DNA from: a bacterium | GTDB taxonomy: Bacteria; JAJVIF01 | Direction of reading: 5' to 3' | DNA length: 64,000 nucleotides | Assembly: GCA_022072165.1 (NCBI GenBank) | Contig: JAJVIF010000001.1 | Span: 1,489,353-1,553,352, forward strand | Part shown: positions 49,901 through 57,870 of the stretch, one piece after another | Numbering within the stretch: position 1 is the first letter of the stretch | Layout: the number at the start of each line of letters is the position of its first letter | Notes under the pieces: model-generated | Told to the model about the DNA's origin: nothing | Database searches by the model: none | Seen by the model: the letters and a program-made list of their open reading frames with translations, nothing else | Translations under genes and position numbers: made by a program

Positions 49901-50827
49901 ATCATCCAGCGACGCGCCGGTGAGCTGATCGAGATTGTTCAGAGGTGTGGTGCCATCGGCGACGACGGCGCTGTTGCCCGTCGTGAAGGTCACGGTCCCG
50001 GTCAGTTCCTGCGCGACTGCTGCGCCGCTTGCCTGGGTGGTCCCGAGGCCAATCGTGAAAGTCGAGCCTGAGAAGTCCGCGTCATTGAAGGTGAGTCCGC
50101 TCAAGGCGAAGTTCCCTGGCTGCGTGATGTCAGTTTCGGTCAGGACCAGTTCGCCCCGGGAGCCGAGCGTCACCTGCACTTCACCACCAAAGGCCGACTG
50201 GATCGTCTGCGTCAGTCGCTGGAGGGTATCGGTGCCGTTTCCCGCGAAAGTGAATGTGGCATTCACCGGTGTGCCATCTTTGCGGGAGCCAGCGATCGTG
50301 ATGGTGTCACCGGCGGTGACCTGTGCAGCGCCGCGCCCTGCCTGCAGGGTCTGGGTGAGCAGGTCGGTGGCTACCGCCCGGGTCCCGCTGAGCTGCTCGC
50401 TGCTGACCTGGATGTTGGAAATCCCGGCAGTGTTCCCCTGGGCGAGGAGCGCCGCCGCCCGGTCGAAGCTCCTGTCTGCAAGTCCGCTGACCGCCCGGGC
50501 ACCCTGTGCCAGTTGTGACACGGTCAGAATCGACTTCCCCGCCGTGGCGTTCAGCCCGGCGGTGATCCGCGCAATCGCTGGATTCGAAACCGCTGCTTTT
50601 TTGCTGAGGTAGGTCGACTCAAGGCGGAGGGCCAGACTGGTCCGTTGCAGCGACAGGAGCTGTGTATTCGCCAGCTGCAGCGTGGACTTCTGTTGCCTTG
50701 CCTGCGTGATCCGGGTCCCCAGAGCCGTGACCGGGAAGCGTCGGGCATCCACGATGGCGCTGACGATGGAGTTGGTGTCGATGCCGGAGGCGAGTCCGCC
50801 GAAGGTGACCGGCCCAAAGTTGACCAT
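46964..50827 (-). CDS. fliD: Flagellar filament cap protein FliD (giant, 1287 aa)
   Basis: N-terminus 'FGGLASGIDTNSIVSAIVDARRFPVTALGTRITQARQQKSTLQLANTQLLSLQ'. C-terminus 'GVLDQRLAELGSELSRAEERLADYEARIRQQFVEVERALSRLQRDSQFL'. Huge Thr/Gly-rich central region. Confidence 0.85.
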   Translation of the reverse strand: MVNFGPVTFGGLASGIDTNSIVSAIVDARRFPVTALGTRITQARQQKSTLQLANTQLLSLQRTSLALRLESTYLSKKAAVSNPAIARITAGLNATAGKSILTVSQLAQGARAVSGLADRSFDRAAALLAQGNTAGISNIQVSSEQLSGTRAVATDLLTQTLQAGRGAAQVTAGDTITIAGSRKDGTPVNATFTFAGNGTDTLQRLTQTIQSAFGGEVQVTLGSRGELVLTETDITQPGNFALSGLTFNDADFSGSTFTIGLGTTQASGAAVAQELTGTVTFTTGNSAVVADGTTPLNNLDQLTGASLDDGLDSITLNVTQPDGTLVTTNYTYGAGHTLNDLVAAINTAYAGTALATIENGKLVVTDAVAGPSQTRLGLTFNNGGPTGNTLTLPVMFRSVTGAAETRQLATSTAFSVPARGSHRLTFSEGLAGSVTGTVSLQPQDRLGSIPGLTTWNRFTIDRDAGTGGASPVVILGLTEQSSVQDLVAAINGQVPSVTATLVDDGGGGVFLRISSNRGGENLRFTDVAGGILETLLDPTAGIDTDVTTTNATTLAADVTAVSVFTPENGGPEQRTVISQAEGTAITTLIPGITINGVGGNTFSAGVAQIRTVESSELNQAPATKAAILGQAGISASTNTTTPPLDIGRGLINAGFAQTVESSSTNAIDHIDGTFTINGKVIAITSATQTVISVLGLINSSGAGVIARYDEALDRITLENATPGQGSIRLGGPGDTSNFLRIAGLLEAAGGTSIPGADAGTVSLTSPLSGSNLSITPTSGTFTINGVTLTVDSGVDTLQSLITKINNSPAGVTAAYDPVTDRLSLVQKLDESTTATGITVGAVTDSSNILAALRLTNTPTVTTTIGTPRRSAEFTLDGVSYTRNTNTIKDVLPDVTLDLTGVSADPVAIDITVDTEKSLLAIRDFVVSYNETLLLLNPRPLNDDEVEQTRELTERQRQSLTFAEIDEYESRREALLTRDLIYRDQTIRRAVTQSRRAILEPVVSVTSALNRLGALGLNTGSVGTSVLNDQLQKGWLVADTTDPDEILTALQSNATLRESLTDRANDVQQLFGNPQESKVVIASQNNLNFGLTLGSRLSFSVGDALNVATITLDAGYYTSAELVNRITTALGQAGLTDKIGVRLNSAGRLEFSRTETVGKALITIQDLNAGASLQDTIGLSSGSTFGADAQAAAGIARRLENSLKEFTGLNGLINRQITTGGVLDQRLAELGSELSRAEERLADYEARIRQQFVEVERALSRLQRDSQFLTARLGAQQQGTGSGISVAR

Positions 50828-50929
50828 GGGCGATGCGCTCCTGTGATGGGCTAACGGTCTCTATCGGCAGTGGCTGCAAAAGCTGGAGCACCGGGAGTGC
50901 CGTGCTTTGGGTATAAGTCAAAAGCCGGC

Positions 50930-50960
50930 CCGGAGCGCGTCCGGACCGGCCAGCACAGAG
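50930..50960 (-). terminator. Rho-independent terminator after flagellin 1
   Basis: Minus strand: GCCGGTCCGG-ACGCGCT-CCGGGCCGGC followed by TTTTGACTT. Confidence 0.7.
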
Positions 50961-50985
50961 ACAGGTCTAGGGGACTGCCGCGAGA

Positions 50986-53580
50986 CTAGCCCCGAAATAA
51001 CTGGAGGACGTTCTGCGGGAGCTGGTTGGCCTGCGCCAGGATGGCGGTGCCCGCCTGCAGGAGGATCTGCGACCGCGTGAACGCGATGGTCTCCTCCGCG
51101 ATGTTGAGATCCCGAATCCCCGACTCCGAAGAGGCGAGATTCTGCCGGGTGATGTCGAGGTTCCGGATGGTGCTCTCCAGGCGGTTTTGCACCGACCCCA
51201 GGTTGGACCGGAGGCTGGAGACCTTGTCGATGGCGACATCTACCGACGTGATCGCGGCCTGGGCGCTGGCGGAGTTCGCCAGGATCAGGCCCCGAATCCC
51301 CAGGCTGTCCGAGGAGACCCCGGATATCGCCAGCGTAAGATCCTGCCCCTGATTCGCGCCAATCTGGAAGTTGATGGCGTTGGGCACCAGGTGGAGGAAA
51401 GTGGTCCCGATGAAGTCGGAAGTCACCGAGATCGTGGGCTTGGCCAGGGGGTCGAGGTTAATCGGCCCGCGGGTGTCATTCGCCCCCGGTCCGGGGACCG
51501 GGTCGAGCTTGAAGCCCTGATTGGTGTTGAACTTCAGTTCCACGCCCCGAATGACGCCGCGAACAGTGCCATCCTGGGTGATGGTCTCGTCGATCAGCGC
51601 CCCGGTCTCGATATTCACGACACTGACTTTGAAGGTCGCCAGCTTGCTGTTCTGGATGGTGAAGAGCGACAGCGCGTTGATGGTCTTCTCATCGCCGATG
51701 AAGGCGAGTTCCGCGCCGGGCACCGGACTGGTGATGGAGATGGTTCCCTTCGCCGGACCGATGAGGTTGAAGTTCACCAGGTTCGGGAAGTTGCCACCCG
51801 CCAGCGTGTCCTCGAGGTTGAGGTCCGAGGTCCGGTTGGGATCGGCGATGGCGAGCGACAGCTTGCCGACCAGGTCCTGCACGGTGTCCGTGGCGTTGAG
51901 GAAGATCGTGGTGCGCCGTCCGGACCCCGGCACGGCCAGTCCGATTTCCACGGTGTCGCGTCCCAGGAAGACATTCTCTGCCTGGAAGCGGCTGATGGAC
52001 CGGAGCTGCGTGTCGAGCTGGGCCACCAGCACGTTGTTGGTCGACGTGTGGAAGATCGCGGTCTCGCCCGCTTCCAGGATGGCATCGAAGCTGATGCGCA
52101 GCCCCTGGAGGGTATCGAGATTCAGTGCGGCGGCCGTACCGGCGCGTCCGATAGAGCCGGTGCCGGACACCGAGCCCGTATCGAGGTTTGTCACCCGGTA
52201 GGTGCGATTGGACAGCGCAGACACCCGGAAGGTGTAGCTGCCGGACACCGCCGACACCTGCACGATCCGGCCATACTGCGCGAACTCGTTCTGCCCCGCC
52301 TTGTTGAAAACGATCTCATCGGTGCCGGTGGAAACACTGGCATCGAAGCGGACATCGATTTCACCCGTGGTGCTGTCGCCGAGCGTGAAGATGCCGCCCG
52401 CGACGTTCTCAATGATCCGGTTGCCGTTGGCGGTGATCGCCACCGACGCGGCATCGATGAAGGCTCGGGTGATGTCTGCCGCGCCCGCTGCGACCGAGAA
52501 AGCGGAGAAGCCGAGGTCGAGCTGGGAGCCGGAAGTATCGACATCTTCCAGGCCGAAGAACGAGAGCGCGATGCTCTGTCCCGCCGCGATCGAAACGGCC
52601 AGTTGCCCGGTGCCGGTCACACTGAACGCGCCGTTGGCACCAATGGAGAAGGCGATGCTCAGGAAGGCGGCCACACTGGAAAGCGTCGTACCCGCGGTGA
52701 TCAACAGCGCGGCATCGACAGTCGAGCCGTTCACACGCTCGCCGCGGACCCGCAGACGGTCTACACCGAGGGTCAGCTCCTTGGCGTTGAAAGTCCCCGC
52801 CAGGTCGTCCGCAGCAACAGCCACAGAGGTCCCCAGCACCGAGATAGTCGCGCTGCCATAGGAGACCAGGAGGCGGCCATTGGTGGTAGTGCTCTGGATT
52901 TCCAGCTCATCAATGCCGATCTGGGAGCCGGTGGCGTTCCGGAAGGAGGCATTGTTGAGGTAGGTGGTCAGCCCGTTGAACGACCCGACCCGATCCTCAG
53001 TGGCGATGGTGTTGAACTGGTCGGTCTTGTAGGTCGCCAGTTCCGGCGGCGCCAGCAGGGTAGTCCGGATCTGGAAGTTGCCACCTTTGCCAACATTCCC
53101 CAGGATGTTGACCTGGACAGTCGAGGGGTCATCCAGGGAGTAGAGGGCCGCAGCGGACCCATCGAGGAGCCGCTTGGTGTTGAACTCCGTGGTCCGGGCG
53201 ATCCGGTCGACCTCGTCGATCAGCTGGTCCACTTCCTTCTGGATTTCGAGGCGGTCGCTGGAGGTGAGGACTCCGTTCGCCGCCTGGATCGCCAGTTCGC
53301 GGATCCGTTGCAGGATCGTGTTGGTCTCGGCCAGCGCCCCTTCCGCCGTCTGGAGGAGGCTGATCCCCTCCGAGGCATTCTGGGACGCCCGGGCGAGTCC
53401 CCGGACCTGCGCCCGCAGGCGCTCCGAAATCGTGAGACCGGCGGCGTCATCCGCCGCCCGGTTGATTCGCAAGCCGGTGGAGAGTCGTTCGACGGATCGC
53501 TCCAGGTGCCGGCTGGTCTGCGCCAGACTGCGGGTCGCATTCAGCGCAATGATGTTCTGATTGATCTGCAGGACACCCAC
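50986..53580 (-). CDS. fliC: Flagellin (giant, ~865 aa), paralog 1
   Basis: GTG start at 53580 with GGAGG 10 nt upstream. N-terminus 'GVLQINQNIIALNATRSLAQTSRHLERSVERLSTGLRINRAADDAAGLTISERLRAQVRGL'. C-terminus 'RSNLGSVQNRLESTIRNLDITRQNLASSESGIRDLNIAEETIAFTRSQILLQAGTAILAQANQLPQNVLQLF'. The track ORF extends upstream without support. Confidence 0.9.
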   Translation of the reverse strand: MGVLQINQNIIALNATRSLAQTSRHLERSVERLSTGLRINRAADDAAGLTISERLRAQVRGLARASQNASEGISLLQTAEGALAETNTILQRIRELAIQAANGVLTSSDRLEIQKEVDQLIDEVDRIARTTEFNTKRLLDGSAAALYSLDDPSTVQVNILGNVGKGGNFQIRTTLLAPPELATYKTDQFNTIATEDRVGSFNGLTTYLNNASFRNATGSQIGIDELEIQSTTTNGRLLVSYGSATISVLGTSVAVAADDLAGTFNAKELTLGVDRLRVRGERVNGSTVDAALLITAGTTLSSVAAFLSIAFSIGANGAFSVTGTGQLAVSIAAGQSIALSFFGLEDVDTSGSQLDLGFSAFSVAAGAADITRAFIDAASVAITANGNRIIENVAGGIFTLGDSTTGEIDVRFDASVSTGTDEIVFNKAGQNEFAQYGRIVQVSAVSGSYTFRVSALSNRTYRVTNLDTGSVSGTGSIGRAGTAAALNLDTLQGLRISFDAILEAGETAIFHTSTNNVLVAQLDTQLRSISRFQAENVFLGRDTVEIGLAVPGSGRRTTIFLNATDTVQDLVGKLSLAIADPNRTSDLNLEDTLAGGNFPNLVNFNLIGPAKGTISITSPVPGAELAFIGDEKTINALSLFTIQNSKLATFKVSVVNIETGALIDETITQDGTVRGVIRGVELKFNTNQGFKLDPVPGPGANDTRGPINLDPLAKPTISVTSDFIGTTFLHLVPNAINFQIGANQGQDLTLAISGVSSDSLGIRGLILANSASAQAAITSVDVAIDKVSSLRSNLGSVQNRLESTIRNLDITRQNLASSESGIRDLNIAEETIAFTRSQILLQAGTAILAQANQLPQNVLQLFRG

Positions 53581-53837
53581 GTCGGTGATTCCTCCATGAA
53601 TACCGTGTTGGTGATGGGCCCCGGGGAAAATGCAACGACGGCGAGCGGCTGACCTGGGCTTCAGTCCGACTCCGTCGGCGCAGGAAGCCTGGCAGCGCTC
53701 ACCGGCGACTGCGCGGGGCGCGGTACTGGCCCTCGCGTTGCCATCCCTGACAACGCGACGGATGTCCCGCAAGGTGGGGTGCCCTCCTGGCAGCCGCATC
53801 CTAGCAGGGGACCGGGAACTGCTCCGGTCCGTTCCCC

Positions 53838-53864
53838 GGTATCGGCAGCCAGCCGAGGGCCTTG
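53838..53864 (-). promoter_or_regulatory. Sigma-28-like promoter of flagellin 1
   Basis: Minus strand: TCAA-N15-GCCGATAC. Identical architecture upstream of flagellin 2. Confidence 0.55.
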
Positions 53865-53989
53865 AGCCAGGAAATGAAGAAAGGTGGGGCTGGCACTCGA
53901 ACAGCCACTGGCGGTCACACTGCGTCTTCAGGGCGTTCAAACTGAAACTGCGATGTAAGAAAATTTACTGAATCTCATGCCGAAACCCC

Positions 53990-54018
53990 TTGACGCGGCC
54001 TTAACGAGACGGCATATT
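53990..54018 (+). promoter_or_regulatory. Sigma-70-like promoter for Cys-rich cassette 1
   Basis: TTGACG-17 nt-CATATT about 40 nt upstream of ATG 54059. AT-richer context than the surrounding sequence. Confidence 0.4.
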
Positions 54019-54058
54019 GACGCCAGTTGTTATTTCCAGTGCATCTAGGAGGCCTGCC

Positions 54059-54511
54059 ATGTTGTTCAGAGTGTTCCTCGTGATCCTCTGTACGCTGGGT
54101 TTCTCAGGATCGACTCTCGCGCCCGCCCAGGCGGCGGACTGCTGTTGTTACCGGACCAGTGTCGTGCTGTGGGAGGACTGGTGGTATTGCCAGGTGGACT
54201 GCACACAGCAGGACCCCGCAGAGCTGTGCAAAATCAGGAAGCGCTGCCAGGGCTATACCGTCTCAGGAAAGTGCAAAACGAGCTGGTTCAGTTGCCTGGG
54301 GCACACGATGCTCTCGTGCGGATCAGCACCGGTCACCGGACAAGTCACCTGTGAGTATGAACTGGTGAATCCGGAAGATCCCAACTGTGTTGCAGACCCG
54401 GAGCAGATCGCGCTCTGCATCAACATCGACTGCCCAACTGCACCGCCGCCAGGCGAGTACCACTGCAATCTGGGCGGACCCTGCTGTGACACAAGTGGTA
54501 ACTGCTCATGA
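54059..54511 (+). CDS. Secreted small cysteine-rich protein (CCCYR family), copy 1
   Basis: GGAGG RBS. Signal peptide 'MLFRVFLVILCTLGFSGSTLAPAQA'. Mature ~125 aa with ~18 Cys: 'DCCCYR…YCQVDCTQQDPAELCKIRKRCQGYTVSGKCK…CCDTSGNCS'. Paralog of 55785..56240. Confidence 0.75.
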   Translation: MLFRVFLVILCTLGFSGSTLAPAQAADCCCYRTSVVLWEDWWYCQVDCTQQDPAELCKIRKRCQGYTVSGKCKTSWFSCLGHTMLSCGSAPVTGQVTCEYELVNPEDPNCVADPEQIALCINIDCPTAPPPGEYHCNLGGPCCDTSGNCS

Positions 54512-55569
54512 AGCCCGAGCGTACCGTTGTCGCACATCTGTTCAATCGGAAGGAGAGTCCTGAATTGCGTACCCTGATCCTGTTCGTTTTGTGTCTGGTG
54601 TTCGCGGGGTGCTCGGCGAAGCGCACCAACAACACCACGACATCGCAGGATGTTATCGCTGCACCAAACCATGCCCTGACTCTGGTGCAGCAGTTCACGC
54701 CGGCTGATGAAGAGGCTCAGTGGTACCTCGCGGGGGACCCCCGGGCCATCGCGTTTGTACAGAGCAGCCGGATGAGCAGTGCTTTCGAATGGGCCATCAC
54801 TGGCTACCTGCGGGCGTATGGGCATCTGCCAGCCACTGTGGATGATCTGCTGGAGAGTGGCCTGGTGCTCTTCACACCGACTCGCCCGGATGGCACCCCG
54901 TATCCGTTCCAGGTGGTCCAGACGCTGCCCGAAGAGCCATCGACCGAAGCAGTACTGCTTGCCAAGGAAGGGGCGATCCTGCGGGGATGGTTACCTCCCG
55001 TCGATGCCAGCGTGAAGGCACGCCGCATCTATGTCAATCTGGATAAGCGCTACCAGATGTACAACTCGCGGCAGACGGTCATGCCGACCGTACCGCAGGC
55101 TGTCCTCGCGAATCGGGTCGCGCAGCAGGCATCCATCGGGGGCCTCTCACCAGGTGCCTTCGCCAACCAGTTCCTGCATCAGTCGGATGGACTGGAGGAG
55201 CAACGGGCGGTCGCGCTGCTGGCTGCGAGCATCGGACTGATGAGCATGGATGCGCAGGCCCGGGGTCGGGTGGCGACCTCGCTGGAAGCCGTCCTGCAGG
55301 CGCATCGTCTCGCGTTTCGCGATGTCGCGACCGTCACCGGAAATGTCGATCTGCTGGACTATCCTCTGGGAGTGCAATTGCGGACCTCGACAGACCGGAA
55401 TCTGCTCCAGATCGCCATCAAGCCGAGTATCGAGGGACTGGATTACCAGTTGCTGAAGTTCATGCCGGATTACTCACTTGGGCGCGTCACGAAGCTGGAT
55501 TTGTCAGGCGATGTCGCACCGCAGGAGGCCGGGTGTCACGACCTGGTCGCGACCCTCGTGCTGCAGTAG
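54508..55569 (+). CDS. Putative lipoprotein partner of Cys-rich protein, copy 1
   Basis: ATGA overlap with the upstream gene. Lipobox 'LVFAGC'. Paralog of 56275..57273: shared '…G(Y)YR..G.LP….LLE.GL…' region and C-terminal 'GC.(E/D)(V/L)(L/V).TL(L/V)L'. Confidence 0.65.
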   Translation: MKPERTVVAHLFNRKESPELRTLILFVLCLVFAGCSAKRTNNTTTSQDVIAAPNHALTLVQQFTPADEEAQWYLAGDPRAIAFVQSSRMSSAFEWAITGYLRAYGHLPATVDDLLESGLVLFTPTRPDGTPYPFQVVQTLPEEPSTEAVLLAKEGAILRGWLPPVDASVKARRIYVNLDKRYQMYNSRQTVMPTVPQAVLANRVAQQASIGGLSPGAFANQFLHQSDGLEEQRAVALLAASIGLMSMDAQARGRVATSLEAVLQAHRLAFRDVATVTGNVDLLDYPLGVQLRTSTDRNLLQIAIKPSIEGLDYQLLKFMPDYSLGRVTKLDLSGDVAPQEAGCHDLVATLVLQ

Positions 55570-55607
55570 TTTCCCCCAGAGCGAGAGGTGTGACGGGGAA
55601 GTGGCCG

Positions 55608-55645
55608 AGCCCGGGAGTCCGCTCCCGGGCTCGCGTGTTGCTGGA
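55608..55645 (+). terminator. Possible terminator after cassette 1
   Basis: Stem GAGCCCGGGAG/CTCCCGGGCTC with loop TCCG, followed by GCGTGTTGCTGG, which is only weakly U-rich. Confidence 0.4.
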
Positions 55646-55712
55646 GGGGGAATGAGCCAGCTTCCTGTGCAGTCACAGGCTGCAAATTACCCAGGAAAGC
55701 CGACTTACTTAG

Positions 55713-55747
55713 TTGACAAGAGAGAGAGAGAGAGAGAGAGAATATCT
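55713..55747 (+). promoter_or_regulatory. Putative promoter of Cys-rich cassette 2 with (AG)11 tract in the spacer
   Basis: Consensus TTGACA at 55713-55718, then (AG)11, then AATATCT. The spacer between -35 and the candidate -10 'ATATCT' is about 23 nt, against an optimal 17. Confidence 0.45.
55719..55740. repeat. (AG)11 dinucleotide microsatellite
   Basis: Perfect 22-nt AG tract read directly from the sequence. No other dinucleotide tract of this length occurs in the window. Confidence 0.95.
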
Positions 55748-55784
55748 CCACTCATAGAACGTCGAGCGTAGGAGGTCTTACAGG

Positions 55785-56240
55785 ATGCGCGCGTACTTCG
55801 CTTTGCTGAGCACGCTGATGGTTCTCTTCCTTTTCGCCATTCCTTCTGAAGCTTCGCAGCAGTGTTGCTGCTACAGAATTGTGAGCTTTAGCTGGATTGG
55901 CCTAAACGTATGCGACGTTGACTGTACTGAAGCTGACCCCCCAGAGCTTTGTGAAGTGGAAAAGTACTGTTGGGGGACCAACGTCAACGGCAAGTGCAAG
56001 AGCCACTCTGGGTCTTGCGGAATTGGGAACTGGACGCCTACGAACTGTGGTTCGACAGGGCAGTATGGTTCCTATACGTGCACACTCACACCAACTAATC
56101 CCAACGACCCGGCCTGCTTCGATACGGAAGAGGAACTACGCCTCTGTATTGAAGTAAACTGCTTACCGGACCCCAATCCCACCTCATACACCTGCCCGCT
56201 GGGTGGCACCTGCTGTCACGCAAACGGGAACTGCAAATAG
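55785..56240 (+). CDS. Secreted small cysteine-rich protein (CCCYR family), copy 2
   Basis: GGAGG RBS. Signal peptide 'MRAYFALLSTLMVLFLFAIPSEA'. 'QQCCCYR…VCDVDCTEADPPELCEVEKYCWGTNVNGKCK…CCHANGNCK'. Cys positions align with copy 1. GC visibly lower (~50%) than the window. Confidence 0.75.
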   Translation: MRAYFALLSTLMVLFLFAIPSEASQQCCCYRIVSFSWIGLNVCDVDCTEADPPELCEVEKYCWGTNVNGKCKSHSGSCGIGNWTPTNCGSTGQYGSYTCTLTPTNPNDPACFDTEEELRLCIEVNCLPDPNPTSYTCPLGGTCCHANGNCK

Positions 56241-56274
56241 CCCACTCTTTTACTCAAGACTGGAGGTCTTCGCC

Positions 56275-57273
56275 ATGAAGTTCACCCCGATTCTCCTGAT
56301 CTGCGGCGTCGTGTTGATGGGCTGTCAGCAGGCCCGCGAGCAAGCTGCACCCGCGGCACCAAAGGAACCCACCGCCGCACCCGTTGCACAGGGTTTTGAG
56401 CCTTCCAATGCCATCTCTCGAGGATTGCTGGCAGGCGATATGGCCAGCCGGCAGACGGTTCGCACGAGTCTTCTCAAGGGCGAGTTGATGCACGCCGCGC
56501 TGGGGTACTACCGAATGATGGGCGAGTTGCCATCGCACGCAGCGCCACTGCTGGAGCAGGGTCTGCTGATGCACACCACCACGGACAGCAGCGGTCAGGC
56601 GATGCCCTGCCAGGCGGTCGACTCGCTGCCAACGGAGGCGGCCGCAGACCGGATGCTCCTTGCGATCGAAGGCGACCGGCTGCGGGCCTGGATCCCAGCT
56701 CTGGGAGAGGGAGCCCCTGCCCGCATTGCGGAGATTGCGATGTCCGGTCAAGTGCAGACACGGGCAGTCAGGGAGATCGGGCAACTGCCACTGCAGGATG
56801 CCGTTCTGCTAAAAGAGGAGTTGCGGCAGGCCGCCGCCGAGTCAGGCGGGCCTGCCAACGCCGGAGTGAATCAGTACATTCATCGTTCCCGGGGTGCTGC
56901 AGAGCAGCGACTGAGAGCGCTGAACTGGGCGAGCCTCGGCGTGTTGAATCGCGGCGCCGCGATCCTCGGACGCGCCCCGGAATCGTATGGGGAGGTGCTC
57001 CCCATGCTGGGACTGGCACCGTTGGGGTATCGCCTGGAAGATGGTCCAGTGAAGCTGCTGGAACAGCCGCTGGGTGTCCAGTACATCGCGACCCTGGATC
57101 GTCAGCGGGTGCTGATGTATCAGAAGCCCTCCATGCCTGCGCTGGACTACCAGATGCTGCAGTACGTCCCTGATGCGCGGACTGGGGAAGTCGCCATGTC
57201 CGAAGTGGGCGACACCATTGTTCCGGAGAGTTCAGGCTGTACCGAGGTACTGGGGACGCTGCTGTTGCCATAA
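56275..57273 (+). CDS. Putative lipoprotein partner of Cys-rich protein, copy 2
   Basis: GGAGG RBS before ATG 56275. Lipobox 'VLMGC'. Paralog of 54508..55569. Confidence 0.65.
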   Translation: MKFTPILLICGVVLMGCQQAREQAAPAAPKEPTAAPVAQGFEPSNAISRGLLAGDMASRQTVRTSLLKGELMHAALGYYRMMGELPSHAAPLLEQGLLMHTTTDSSGQAMPCQAVDSLPTEAAADRMLLAIEGDRLRAWIPALGEGAPARIAEIAMSGQVQTRAVREIGQLPLQDAVLLKEELRQAAAESGGPANAGVNQYIHRSRGAAEQRLRALNWASLGVLNRGAAILGRAPESYGEVLPMLGLAPLGYRLEDGPVKLLEQPLGVQYIATLDRQRVLMYQKPSMPALDYQMLQYVPDARTGEVAMSEVGDTIVPESSGCTEVLGTLLLP

Positions 57274-57308
57274 GCCTGGTCCGCCATTGCTCTTCCAACG
57301 ACCCTCGA

Positions 57309-57341
57309 TGCCCGGGAGGAACCTCCCGGGCATTTCGTTTT
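57309..57341 (+). terminator. Rho-independent terminator after cassette 2
   Basis: GCCCGGGAGG-AA-CCTCCCGGGC followed by ATTTCGTTTT. Confidence 0.75.
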
Positions 57342-57352
57342 CCCCACACACA

Positions 57353-57393
57353 CAAAAGAGCCCCGGGACGGGAGTGACCTCCCGGACCGGGGC
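57353..57393 (-). terminator. Terminator for flaG (convergent)
   Basis: Minus strand: CCCCGGTCCGGGAGG-TCAC-TCCCGTCCCGGGGCTC followed by TTTTGTGTGTG. Confidence 0.5.
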
Positions 57394-57415
57394 CTTGCGA
57401 TGACTGTGCGTACCT

Positions 57416-57820
57416 TTACGCACTCAGGTCGGTGAGGACTCCCCGTCCCTCCGCCAGAGCGGCAGCGAGCCGCTGCGCTTCTTCGGACGGAATCTGGCGG
57501 AGCACTTCACCGGTGCGGTCGTTGATGATCCGTACTACTACCTGGCCGCTGTCCTGCACGTCGATCTGCGCTTTGATCTCGAAGAGGTCAAAGGTGAGAT
57601 TGACCTTGCGGAGCGCTTCTGCCAGTTCCTGCAGCGAACGGGGCTGCGGCAGGGGTGGAGCAGAAACGGACGGCAAGACAGCCGGCGCTGGCGCGCTGGC
57701 CGCATCTGGCGGCGCAGCAGGCACAGCTGAAACGTCGGCGGACGCGATCACAGGGCGGGCCTGCTTCGCTGCCGGCGCCGGAGCCGGGCGACCCGGACCA
57801 GTGAGGGGGTCAAGAGACAT
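57416..57820 (-). CDS. flaG: Flagellar protein FlaG
   Basis: C-terminus 'NLTFDLFEIKAQIDVQDSGQVVVRIINDRTGEVLRQIPSEEAQRLAAALAEG' is a FlaG family signature. GGGAGG RBS. 50 nt downstream of flagellin 2. Confidence 0.75.
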   Translation of the reverse strand: MSLDPLTGPGRPAPAPAAKQARPVIASADVSAVPAAPPDAASAPAPAVLPSVSAPPLPQPRSLQELAEALRKVNLTFDLFEIKAQIDVQDSGQVVVRIINDRTGEVLRQIPSEEAQRLAAALAEGRGVLTDLSA

Positions 57821-57870
57821 CTCGCCACCTCCCTATCCCGTGTGCCGTCGCTCTTGCCATAGCCGTACGG

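Noticed and set aside
51187-53652. 821-aa plus-strand ORF, and its counterpart at 58273..60564
   Set aside because: Both are antisense to the flagellin genes, whose N- and C-termini are unmistakable. They are stop-poor frames in GC-rich DNA.
57345-57354. (CA)5 tract in the convergent intergenic region
   Set aside because: It is short, lies between two terminators, and has no plausible regulatory placement.
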